Shown here: positions 11,251-22,309 of the stretch, piece after piece
Layout: each line of letters begins with the position of its first letter
Numbering within the stretch: the stretch's first letter is position 1
NCBI GenBank assembly: GCA_964187785.1
Contig: OZ076409.1
Location: 10,542,001-10,606,000 of the forward strand
DNA: 64,000 bases
Reading direction: 5' to 3'
Source of the DNA: Amphiscolops sp. MND2022
Lineage: Eukaryota
Position numbers and translations under genes: made by a program
Notes under the pieces: generated by a model
What the model was told of the DNA's origin: nothing
Seen by the model: the letters and a program-made list of their open reading frames with translations, nothing else
The model's database searches: none

Positions 11251-14200
11251 ATGAACCAAGATAATGATAGAAGCAACAACGTCCCGCCGAGGTCTACAGA
11301 CAACTCTCCTGCCTTGGGGCAACGCGTCTATGACACTGCGCGTGTCCAACGCACCCCACAAATTGCCTTTATTCGAGACAGACTCGACCAAGGTCTGTCG
11401 CCAGCAGCAGTGGCCGGGGTAGCAGCAATAATTGCCCAGATGGAATCACAATTGCAAGCCCCAATGCTAACGATATCAATTACCTCAGGGTTTCCTGGAT
11501 TTCAACGATCCATGACGTACCAAGATGGAGTGTGGCACGGCCATGATCTTACGCATCACTTCACAGATGATCGTGCGGCGATCTCGTATAGTCTTGCGAA
11601 TGGCGGAGTCCACCAGACTAGACCTTTACAGATCCCTTCTTGCCCGCCTCCACCTCCACCGCCACCTCCTGTACCAACACCACAAGCAGTAGTGCGCGCG
11701 CGCACTCCTGCTCCTATGGTGCCTAGCCTGCCCAATCAATCTATGGCGGAGCAAGCAGTCATTTCAGCGCTACAAGCAGTGGCTGCCAATCCCAATTACG
11801 ATGACTTCATGCGATCCATGGAGCAGTGTTGGCCAGAGCTACGTCGAATTGCTCTGCCCACTGTCACTATTCGTAACGACAATGCGACTTCAACTGAAAC
11901 ACGTCAAGGTGTCATCACTATTCCCCACATCAATCCTCAGTCTGAACAGCCAGGACACTCTCGCACCGTGACTGTGGAACGCAGTCGTTCGCCTTCCCGC
12001 TCTTCTCAAAAGGGGGGAGGAGAGAGCCGCCCTGCCTCCAGAAAGCGCAACGACCCCTCCCCAACAAAGAAGACTCAACAACCATTGACTGCCCGTGACA
12101 GCCCCTCGAGCAAGCCACCACCCGACAAAAAGATTTCCAACGAGAAGGCCACAACCTCCAAAGCGCCAGACCAAACGAAGTCAAAAGTGTCGGAAGCATG
12201 CGTGCTTCCCTCACCCCAATCACAACCGGACGTGACAGGCGAGCAACAAGGACTGCCGCAACCACCATCCACGCAGTCTACAACACGCGAGTCGCTGGCT
12301 CAACGAGCGACTCCTAAGCCCTCCACGTCAGGACAGCCACAATCGGAGCAAACTGTGGGTTATCAAGGCACCCCTGTATCCCAGCGAACTGTCAAGGACA
12401 TAATGGGTGATTACCCAGGGTTGAAAGTGACCAACAGTGGTCCAACTGGAACCCCACTCCGGAAACAGGCGATTCAACATCCAACTAAGAGGACCCTTAC
12501 GAAACAGCCGACGTACCTGAGTCCCATGCAGAACACAAAGGGCACATTGGTCACCAAGGATTCCCGACGTATCTGGGAATCGGCAGTTATAGTATCGCCC
12601 GAATGGCTATTTGAGAAAAACATGTGTCCTCCAAATGACGAAGAGCACGCGAAACTGAAGAAGGCAAATGTACCCGTATTCATGAATCGTCCAATCCGCC
12701 CAGACCACACTCCTACCAATGAGCCGCCATGGCTAGGGAAGGCAATGAATATGCTGCCAAACGTGGATGACAATTACCTAGATGCCCTCAACGTTGACCT
12801 TCGTGGGCAATTCGCCGATCGATATTTCCTCAACGCTGGAGAGACCTTTGAGATCAACCCACGGTACGCCCGTGATCTCGAAGCCCAGCTACCAATGCCA
12901 AAAGAAAGGTTGCAGCGTGCGCGCTTCGCCTTACTTATTGACTCAACATTCCTCAAGAATGTCCCCATCGACAACGTGTTGTCAGACGTGATGGTTTTTA
13001 CTCTACCGCTGTCACGTATTCCCGAGATGGCCGAAGTGTTGGTCACCATGTTTGACCCTGAGATGACAGGAACCTTCAAAGAGCCACCTCCACGTAGAGT
13101 GATCATCAGCAACGTTTTCGATCACATGGCCTGTGAAGGACTAATGGCCCAGATCGCGAACGTTGAGATTATGAATCCAAGTCCGGCTCAGCGAACAACG
13201 GTACGCAATGCAGCATTGAACATGGCCCGAGCCATGGAGAAAGCCCAAAACATCTTGAAAGACAAACTCAAGGTGCCAGCCCTGTTCGTGACACCCCCAG
13301 GTTTTTGCCAATGGCCCCCCGCCTTGCAGAGATTCATATACATGGTGACAGAAGTTTGCAAGTGCAGAGAAATAGACTTTGCGATCTGCGCGCCCAATAT
13401 GCGGATTAGCTCCAATGACTTTCGCCCCTCCTGGCTGTCCTACATGGGGTACATTGCCTCAGTGTCTAAAGTGCTACAGTCAGTAGAGAAAACAGGGAAC
13501 GCGCAGCTGACAATCGACGATGCCATTTACTTTGATCACGGCACTCGCATGGGCTTGTTGGTGTTCAACAAGGACGGAGAAAGGCGAGTCCCAGAGCCCA
13601 GTACGGCCGAATGCGAGGCAATCCGCCTGAATAACTGGATAGAGCGCGCGCGCTCATCCGGTGGAAAGACTTGTATCAAAACCGATCTTGCAGAAGTCAC
13701 TGCCACAATGAGCAAAGTCCCCAGCGACCGAGAAGTAGAACGAGCCATCCCGCGAGTTCAATTTGCCAAGGACCTCACAATCGATCAATTATCAGTGGGA
13801 ATGAAGTACATTGCTGCTAAATTGACGAGCGAAACTCAGGCTGAAATCCAAGCCTTCAGCAGCACCTACGACGCCTGGTACCAGCGGCTACAAACTACCA
13901 CCGTAGCAGACATTGCAAAAGAGCTTGGGATGTCAACCGACCAGTTTGCCATCTGTTTGGGATTGGGTTGGAGTCCCGATGTTATTCGAGTCGAGTTCGA
14001 TTTAGAGGAGAGTTGGTTGATCGAAATCAGCGAGATTATCGGTACCGTGCAGGTGAACGAACTCTTTGCACTGATGCTCACTTTCGGGCAGAAACGCTTT
14101 GTAGCTGGCCCAATGATGATATTGACTGACCTGGTTACCGAGTGTAATCTGGAATGGCTATTTTCATATCTGGTGATTGCACGAGGGAATATCTCAGGTC

Positions 14201-15618
14201 TAACCGCCCTAGCCAAGCTGTTGCAACGGAAAGACGCTCAGGATTATCCCGCTCACCTGGAGCGTATGACAACTTCATTGTATCACTGGATGTATTGCAG
14301 TCTGGTCTTTGCCTCAGGACTCTTCGTGGGGGTGGATAAGCACCAACCGTTATATGATGGACGTCAGCTAGTGACCGAGGTAGCTGGATTTTTGACACCC
14401 AACCAGCTGGCAGATTTCACTTTGGCTGAAGTCGAAGATCTTATACCGGTGTTAGCACCCGTGCTAACTCCGATATTTGGCCCAACCGGGATACTCCGAT
14501 ACCCCACCAAGCCTCTGAGACTGGCCTCGGAGACGTTAACGGTATCCATCCTAACTTATCTGAAGAACGTAAAACCACACAACTATCAACAGATGCTTGA
14601 ACGTGGGCTGTTTCTGCTAGTACCACGTATGTATACCACAATAAAGAATGAGACACAGCAAGACGAAAACCTGGCCGGTATTCTCAAAGCCCGAACAAAG
14701 AAGGCGTGCCCTTTACCTCGCGAATACGGCCCGGTGAATTGGTATAATTCTCCCCTAGACCACCTCGGAATCCCACAGCGATTCAATTGGAGTTTCGCAC
14801 ACCTCAGGAAGTACGTGACCGAGTGTGTGCAAACCATGGGCGGTCACACGAATCAGGAGTACAATTTCCAAATGATTAAGCTTCCAGCCAGGTACTGGCG
14901 AGGACCCATCGGTTATATCCGGGCCAAGCCAATCAGTATGGTCGAGAAGGGCTTTGATGAGCAGTATGCCTATCGCGACCACTACAAACTTGGCGTGTGG
15001 ATGTCAAGAACCCTGGAGGAGCGCCAAGGACGCCTAAGAGGTTTAATCATCCCCCCACTGACAATGCCTGTTTGGAATCCAGAGGCGAGGGTTACTATGG
15101 GAAGCGACATGCCAGCGGAGACTTGCTACCACGTCATGGAATTGCTAAGTGATCCCCTCGGACCCGAATGGGAAGCCTCTAGGCAAATCATAGAGCATGC
15201 GAATAGGGACAACTGGTCCAGAGCCTGCGGGCTCTGGGGCCGACCTGATCTACGCCCGAAACTCAGTGCGAAACAGAAACGACCCATTGCCACCCGCAAT
15301 AGACCGCTGGATCTACCGCACTTGTTTAATGCTAGTAGACTGGATGTACAGATCCCAATCTCCACATCAACCACAAGTTCTGCCAATGTTAGCGGCTCAG
15401 CCAATGCAGCGCAAGAACATTCGCCAGAAGCATCAACTCCGGTAGCCGCAGAAAATGGCCCTGGTGGCTCAAACACGGCTCCTAGGACCCATGAAACTGC
15501 CAGCGCAGAACCAAAGCCAGTCCTGCGAGGAGGAAATACGCGAAGAGGATCTCTGTCTGAACTGCAACCAAAGGCAGACGTTTCCCCCAGAGCGCGTCAC
15601 TCCTCTGCCACCCAGTAA
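11251..15618 (+). CDS. Element A ORF2 (~1455 aa from first plausible ATG): Pro/Ser-rich N-terminus, SGNH-like domain, unknown C-terminal region
   Basis: Open for 4.6 kb from 10996. ATG at 11251 follows a CTCTTTCAG acceptor-like site. The 3' part is also open in copy 2 with only a few substitutions. Confidence 0.85.
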   Translation: MNQDNDRSNNVPPRSTDNSPALGQRVYDTARVQRTPQIAFIRDRLDQGLSPAAVAGVAAIIAQMESQLQAPMLTISITSGFPGFQRSMTYQDGVWHGHDLTHHFTDDRAAISYSLANGGVHQTRPLQIPSCPPPPPPPPPVPTPQAVVRARTPAPMVPSLPNQSMAEQAVISALQAVAANPNYDDFMRSMEQCWPELRRIALPTVTIRNDNATSTETRQGVITIPHINPQSEQPGHSRTVTVERSRSPSRSSQKGGGESRPASRKRNDPSPTKKTQQPLTARDSPSSKPPPDKKISNEKATTSKAPDQTKSKVSEACVLPSPQSQPDVTGEQQGLPQPPSTQSTTRESLAQRATPKPSTSGQPQSEQTVGYQGTPVSQRTVKDIMGDYPGLKVTNSGPTGTPLRKQAIQHPTKRTLTKQPTYLSPMQNTKGTLVTKDSRRIWESAVIVSPEWLFEKNMCPPNDEEHAKLKKANVPVFMNRPIRPDHTPTNEPPWLGKAMNMLPNVDDNYLDALNVDLRGQFADRYFLNAGETFEINPRYARDLEAQLPMPKERLQRARFALLIDSTFLKNVPIDNVLSDVMVFTLPLSRIPEMAEVLVTMFDPEMTGTFKEPPPRRVIISNVFDHMACEGLMAQIANVEIMNPSPAQRTTVRNAALNMARAMEKAQNILKDKLKVPALFVTPPGFCQWPPALQRFIYMVTEVCKCREIDFAICAPNMRISSNDFRPSWLSYMGYIASVSKVLQSVEKTGNAQLTIDDAIYFDHGTRMGLLVFNKDGERRVPEPSTAECEAIRLNNWIERARSSGGKTCIKTDLAEVTATMSKVPSDREVERAIPRVQFAKDLTIDQLSVGMKYIAAKLTSETQAEIQAFSSTYDAWYQRLQTTTVADIAKELGMSTDQFAICLGLGWSPDVIRVEFDLEESWLIEISEIIGTVQVNELFALMLTFGQKRFVAGPMMILTDLVTECNLEWLFSYLVIARGNISGLTALAKLLQRKDAQDYPAHLERMTTSLYHWMYCSLVFASGLFVGVDKHQPLYDGRQLVTEVAGFLTPNQLADFTLAEVEDLIPVLAPVLTPIFGPTGILRYPTKPLRLASETLTVSILTYLKNVKPHNYQQMLERGLFLLVPRMYTTIKNETQQDENLAGILKARTKKACPLPREYGPVNWYNSPLDHLGIPQRFNWSFAHLRKYVTECVQTMGGHTNQEYNFQMIKLPARYWRGPIGYIRAKPISMVEKGFDEQYAYRDHYKLGVWMSRTLEERQGRLRGLIIPPLTMPVWNPEARVTMGSDMPAETCYHVMELLSDPLGPEWEASRQIIEHANRDNWSRACGLWGRPDLRPKLSAKQKRPIATRNRPLDLPHLFNASRLDVQIPISTSTTSSANVSGSANAAQEHSPEASTPVAAENGPGGSNTAPRTHETASAEPKPVLRGGNTRRGSLSELQPKADVSPRARHSSATQ

Positions 15619-16628
15619 AACAGAACTAACTTTGTCGTCATTCAATTTCCAACTTCAATAGTCTTATGCTAGATAAAATTTTGCGAAATCTCATGGTTTC
15701 AATCTCTGTTGTTGCTAAGCTTCGATTATGGAAATGCCAATTGGTCATGGGTAAAAATCTCCGAGTGGAGATGAAGCCCCCGGGCTTCATCTTCCTTGTT
15801 ATTCCGTTTTGGGACCGGCAACCCAACCATGAAACTGCGTTCTTGCCTTGCCTTAGTTAGATGCAATATTCAATTTGCAATTTGTGTTTGCAGTTAGTGC
15901 TTTTTCATGCTACTTCATGCTACATGTGGATGCGCTGTGCGCACTCCGTGCTCTAAATTTTCGGTGCTATTACACCATTTTAGTTGCTAGTTATCGTTTA
16001 CACTGTTGCCACTGTCGAAAAAGATAAAAAGAAAAGATAAAGGAAAAGGAAACAAGGAGGGAGAGATGAGAAATGAATAGAATAAAAAGATTGATGAACC
16101 TCGACCATTGTTTTTCTTGAGCTGCCTGATAGGATCGAGAGTAAGCCTCGCAAAAGAAATTTTAAATTGACCGTACTAATTAATTGATTTTATGGCAACT
16201 GCTTACCAAAAGAACTTTTATCAAACGCCAAGCAGTGCGAAGCTCCCGAGCTTCGGAAAATATGTTTCGAACAGTCATGTGATGGTCGTTGACCTTAAAA
16301 CAAGTTTTAACGCTAACGGCAAATAAAAACTTTTTTTGAATGGCCGAAAAGAAATTTTAACGCCTGAATTGCTCACGACAGGCTACAAAAAGCAATGACT
16401 TTGCCGTATAAGATTTGTGTACAAAGTTGTATTGATTTGATCAAAATGCAGCAACGCTGGGTCAAAAATACTTCCACGAGGCCAATTTGACGATGTCTCG
16501 ATGAACCGTCCAGCGCTATTTGATGTGCACTCTACCTCCTCAGTGGGACACAGATGACTCTGGGTACAGACTCAATGACGCCAACCCACACTTGACGGGG
16601 ACGTCAAGACTAGACCCCGGGGAGTGTA

Positions 16629-17362
16629 TGTAGCGACTACCTATCGAGTGCACGATTTCGAAAATTTCGATGAAAATTTCGTTCAAGGGACTATATCTCC
16701 TCTACTAAAGAGTCATATTCCGCCAGACGGCAGCGTGTCTTTATTCAAGTACCTGTCCACGGAATTGAAGAGGATTTGAACAAGAGACTCGAAAGAGACC
16801 CCAACCGAACGAGAAGATTGCAGAAAAACACGGCCACTATCAGAAAAAGACTCAAATTTCTGCCAAAACGGACTGAACTTTGTTCTAACCAGTGCTTTCT
16901 TCAGCGAAGCGTTACAAGACGCTGTGATTACCAAAAATGAGTCAATTAGCTTGACCAAGCATCCGTGCTTGTGTCCCCGGCTAATTGCTGCCTCAAAAGT
17001 GCTAATTATGTAGTAATTTTCGTATTTTCTTGTTGTAACAGCTCGTGAGCTACTCATTTCAATCTCCTGTGTAACTTCGATAAAACTTGATTTTTCCTTT
17101 CCACCACTTGCATTTTTTAAAGGCTGTCTAAGTGTTGATTTCGAAGAAAAAGCGTAATGCGCACTACTGATAGCAATTACAGACTGGATCAGGCCGGCGA
17201 GCACCTCACAAGAAGCGGAATCCTCCTCTGACGGGACAGTTTTTACCCGAAAGAGGCAAAATGAGCTCATGGTCATGGGCGCCTGTCCCGGGCAAATACC
17301 CATATCATGTGTTCCTCTAACTCTTATGGTTACGGCGACAATGGTGAGAGCTTGTCGTCACA
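16629..17362 (+). repeat. 3' LTR of element A (734 bp)
   Basis: Starts TGTAGCGAC, ends GTCGTCACA (imperfect terminal inverted repeat), preceded by a PPT-like GGGGAGTGTA. Same length as the reverse copy at 60209..60942. Confidence 0.9.
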
Positions 17363-17451
17363 GGACCTTACAGAATTTTCTAGGTTTTATAAAAAAATAC
17401 CCTACATGGAGGCCTGCAGCATGTAAAAAGTTCCAGCAGTCTCAACTAGGG
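17363..17451. mobile_element. Right-terminal fragment of the CATGTAAAAAGTTC-family MITE
   Basis: GCAGCATGTAAAAAGTTCCAGCAGTCTCAACTAGGG matches the termini ending at ~19144 and ~59781. Confidence 0.6.
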
Positions 17452-17937
17452 CTACGGAGCTGCATCAAGACATGCGTGCCCATATGCTTCCTCAAACGGC
17501 GAGGCGGTAATTTCGTCGGCAGAAATTTTGTCGTATTTATTCGAATTAACAGTGTTCACGAAAAGATGCCATTTTAAAATTTCAACCATTTAATTTTTGA
17601 AATGAGATCTTGAGAACAAGTTTCATTGTGACACCAAAATTGAGTTAAAAAGTTAATTACATTCAATCACTTCATAAAGACGCTTTTTGAGCAACGGGAT
17701 AATTTCAGTGCTGAACTGATCACTACGTGTTTTAGGTGAAACGATAATGAACAACTTGAAAGAATTGCACCAAAGATTTTGTATCAATAGATGAATATTT
17801 GCTTGCGAAACTTTTTCTCTCAAAACTGGAACTAAAAGTAATCAATAATTGCACAATTCACGTTAAATTATAAGATAATTAGACTCAATATTAACTGACG
17901 ATTCGTAATAGATTAGATAAAAAGTAGGACGTAATTA

Positions 17938-17998
17938 CCGACGACGAATTTTCCGACGACGAATTTTCCGACGACGAACTTTCTGGCGACGAAATTTT
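17938..17998. repeat. 15-bp tandem repeat (CCGACGACGAATTTT x~4) with inverted partner near 17507-17533; possible MITE subterminal repeats
   Basis: Repeat units read directly; AATTTCGTCGG upstream is the reverse complement. Confidence 0.55.
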
Positions 17999-18844
17999 GG
18001 ATAACTCTCAAACTACTCTGGGCAAAACTCCACAAATTACTGTAGCTTGAGTATCCACCCTTTGAACGAGCGCGTTGAAAAATTGAACAAATACATGCTT
18101 TAAAAATCAATTTCATTTACATTCTGATTTCGGAAAGTTGTTACAGGTACGAAGAAAGGTATTCCTTAGTCGGGAAAACAGTGGGGTAAATTGTTGAGAT
18201 CTGGCGGCTTCTAAGAATAGATCCGCTTCTCGATGAAACCTGCAAAAAACTTCATGGATTCAAATAATCGTGAAAGGATGTTTTTATTTTGCAGCTTGAT
18301 GGGTTTTTTTCCGTCAAAAATGCGCCTATCGATGTACCTTTTCTTTTTTAACCAAAAGTTTATTGGATCATCTTGCAATGAGCGAGAAATCAGAGAATCA
18401 GGTGTCACGAACCCGAGAAATTTTGCGACCAATTTTATAGGCTACTTGAACGTTGTAATTTATAGCTTCTTGCATTATTATCGATAGCATTTTCAGAACG
18501 GAGAGTACGATACAGGAGGTATTCATAAGGTCCCAAAAAACTTTTTTCGGACAATGTGCCTATTACTGACATTAAAATAAAAGGCTGCGAAACGTTTGTG
18601 CAAATGGAAGAGCGTTTACTTTAAGAAAATTGACTTGAGTGGAAAGTATAACGATAAAACGTAGTTGAAAACGTGATTAGGGAATGTTTGTTTTTCATTT
18701 CCTTCAGTAAATTAAGCGCAACATTATAAAGAATAAGTTTTTTTTTCATGAGAAAATTAATCCTGGCGGTTTTGGACCTCAAGTAAAAAACATTCAGTCA
18801 AAGTTGAAAAGAGAGCGTGTATGTGATTTTAATGGAAACTCCGT

Positions 18845-19772
18845 AATCGAAAAAAAAACTAAAATGGAAATTTGAATGGAGGGAAGTTGAGATAATGCTT
18901 GTTGGTTAAAAACTCCGAAGGAAATTCAAAAAGTGTACACTCAAGTGCTTACCATTGTTGAAACTGCTTGAACTTTTTGCATGTACTTTAATGTTGCCGG
19001 CAACTTTTATTATGATTTTTTGAAACTCCTACGGAAACTCATGCGAAAATATTTTCTAGGTTTCTAAATTTTCTAGGTTTTATAAAAAACTACCCTGCAT
19101 GCAGGCCTGCAGCATGTAAAAAGTTCCTGCAGTTTCAACTAAGGTAGTTGAGTATCATAAATGACTCAAATAAAATGAGCCTTGATGATTATAATTGGCT
19201 TCTTGTATGGGCTTGTAAATATAACTTGTGCATTACATAAAACAGAGAACAGTTGGTTGAGAATTTATGCTTCCTCATAAGATAATCAGCAAAGCATTTA
19301 GTTGAGTGCACTCAACTAAATGCTTTGCTGATTATCTTATGAGGAAGCATAAATTCTCAACCAACTGTTCTCTGTTTTATGTAATGCACAAGTTATATTT
19401 ACAAGCCCATACAAGAAGCCAATTATAATCATCAAGGCTCATTTTATTTGAGTCATTTATGATACTCAACTACCTTAGTTGAAACTGCAGGAACTTTTTA
19501 CATGCTGCAGGCCTGCATGCAGGGTAGTTTTTTATAAAACCTAGAAAATTCAGAAACCTAGAAAATATTTTCGCATGAGTTTCCGTAGGAGTTTCAAAAA
19601 ATCATAATAAAAGTTGCCGGCAACATTAAAGTACATGCAAAAAGTTCAAGCAGTTTCAACAATGGTAAGCACTTGAGTGTACACTTTTTGAATTTCCTTC
19701 GGAGTTTTTAACCAACAAGCATTATCTCAACTTCCCTCCATTCAAATTTCCATTTTAGTTTTTTTTTCGATT
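18845..19772. repeat. 928-bp near-perfect palindrome, no spacer, centred on GTGCAC (19306-19311)
   Basis: 464-bp arms are reverse complements with one mismatch noticed. Each arm contains a small MITE (~18952-19144 and mirror). Confidence 0.95.
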
Positions 19773-22309
19773 GGTATATATCGATTTTTCGGTTTTTTAT
19801 ATCGGTTTTTTATTCGATTGGTATTTTTTTCGACCATGGTATATACGTTTATGGAGATATATAATTTGAGAAAATGATATTAGAATATTCCAAAAAATAT
19901 TTATGTGACCTTTTTGATTTTTTGTGCAATGTTTGACTTATAATCAATGCAAATGGTCTGAGGTATGTAAACAACAGGCAATAATTATTCATGAACGTTT
20001 TATAAAAAGCATTCTTCAAGAAAACTTTCAATCGCGTGCCTCTAGACTTTCAGTATACTTATACTTGTAGCTGACATTCACATCTGTCAGGTTTAAAATT
20101 GGGACGGTTTTTGGAAGTGCCGAAACACGCAGTAAGTTTTTGAGTGAGTCATTGCCGGTGCCAATCTTGAAAGAATTTCAGAAACAAGTAAGTAGAAAGT
20201 CTAGTAGTGAATCAGTTTATTTAATAAACGGGTTTGATAAGTTTTCAAAATTTTAAAAAACAAGAAAATAAACCGGCGATGCTAGATTATGTGAGGTTCA
20301 GTTAAACCAGGACCCAGCCAAATACGTTGAAGCTGAATAGACAAGACCGCTGATATTACTGAGCAAATCAATGAAGTGTCAGTTGAATTGAAGATTAAGC
20401 GTTGCAACTCCAGATTGCAACTCCATAGTTTAAAATAACGATTTTCAAATCCATATACCTTGAAAACTGTCATGAATACAAACATTGTGTAGATCGATGA
20501 ATCAATTTAAAACTAGTCAAAAACGTCTTTCGATTCCCATAAGTGGCTCCATCAATAGCAAAATGAACGGTGGTGGTTTCATTTCTTTTGCATTCTATTT
20601 TCTACAGTTAACTCACGTCTTTTTGCCATACAGATGGATTCAAACTTTTGTTAATTCTGCGTGTTGGCAGTGGGAAATGAAAAACAAATAATTTTGCTTT
20701 TTTTTCGCACCAGAAATAAAATGTCCTTTGAACCGATTTTAGCGACGTTACCACTATCATCGAAAAAAAATTATCGTCAAATTGGAACCTAAATTAGCAA
20801 TCACACATTTTCTGAGTTGCACTCTATATTCTGTTTTTACTAGGAAGTAAATTGATCCCTTCATCCATGATTGAACTGACGGTAAGCAATCTTATTACCT
20901 GAAATTGGAATGTTTTGGTATATATCTCAAAAATGACTTTGCTGTATTTGAAACAAATATTGGGCATATCAAAAATTTTAACATCAGTCAATGCTTTTGG
21001 TAATAGCCGAAAAGTCATACAGTTGACAGAGTATTCGATCTTTAATTGCGGAAAAAAAACTCATCTTGCAAAAAACTGGCAATACTTTTTGCTAAATCTT
21101 GCGAGGCAATACATTGACATGCCAGGTTTCTAGCGAGATTCAGGCAAAAAAATTTTCATCCTGCAAGATTGTACCAGACATGTTGCAAGATTCTCGTGAA
21201 AATATGCAGAACCGTAAATGTTCGCACTTCGCGTAACGAGGAATTCTCGGTTGCTACTCATTGTGTCTTGCCATTTAGACGCTTGAAACGAAACTATCTA
21301 AAACTCAAACTTTAGAAAAGATGCCGTGAAACAATTTAAAGGATGTTCCGTTGAAACTACTATTCTGACAAATACAATAACCGCACAACAAACATGATTG
21401 TTTTCGACCTTCAAAGTTTTAGATTTCAGATGTTCTAGGCGTTAAATTGGTTGAGTTGAGAACGTTTAGTTGTATGCGTTCCAATGATGATTTGTCAATA
21501 TTTTAATAACTCTACCGAATTGTCTCCATGTAAAAATAATTTGCAGAATTTCAGCTCTGGTTCTTTCGCTTACCCAGCTGACGAAGACTTCATTTGGGGC
21601 TTCCAAAAGATACAATCAGAGAAAGTTTCAACCTGTCTTCGAAATGATTAAGAACAAATTAAGAGTCTGTTGCTTGTTTGAACTGTACAAACGTTAAGCC
21701 AAACGGGTTTAAGACAGACAAGACATCAGTGTTCCGACGCCATTGGCACTGTTTTAATGGGCCTTTCTGTTAGACTCCATGATGGTAGACAACATGGTTT
21801 TGAAAAGAAACGAGTCTTGCGGTGATCAACAAACAGTAGTTCCGTGGTTTCATATGAAAAGTCAAGTGCATCGGTTTGAAAAGTAAGAAGGATGAGTTTC
21901 ATTTCGATTTTCAAATGTTTTCTGGAGACAAGTTCGCTTACAGATTCTGTTGTGATATCCATTGGGACAGCGTTTTTGGGCACCGGTTTTTGGCTTGTTC
22001 TAATTGCGCATATCATCAAAAGTGCGCAGACTATAGGGGACTCAAAACATTAAACTGATAGTTTCCGATATCATAAACTTCTATGGTCCAGTCTGAAACC
22101 ATAAAGGGTCCAGATCGGAATCATAAATGGTCCAGAGTATGATCAGCCTGGAACCATAAACCTTTCTTTATTACGGCAGCGTATGATCAACCTGTTGTCG
22201 TATGGGAAGGAAAACTCGGGAATCTAGAATACATGTTTTCAAAATTGAAGGTTCTTTAACTTTGTCATTGTTGATAGAAATATTCTTTTTTTCCGGGTTC
22301 TAGCTAGAG

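Larger units (their letters stand above)
1..17362 (+). mobile_element. Giant Ty3/Gypsy LTR retrotransposon (element A, copy 1); 5' LTR not in window, so length >17.3 kb
   Basis: Uninterrupted gag-PR-RT-RH-IN ORF in gypsy order, then a second long ORF, ~1 kb 3' UTR, purine-rich GGGGAGTGTA and a TG...CA LTR. Identity to the copy at 60209+ stops exactly at the LTR end. Assigning 1..1253 to the leader is inference. Confidence 0.92.

Noticed and set aside
1598..15476. Numerous 60-175-aa ORFs overlapping ORF1/ORF2 on other frames
   Set aside because: Shadow ORFs of long coding regions with no motifs.
16713..17303. 196-aa antisense ORF in the element A LTR (also 60268..60858)
   Set aside because: No recognisable domain; its presence in both copies is explained by near-identity of the DNA. 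Not excluded, but unsupported.
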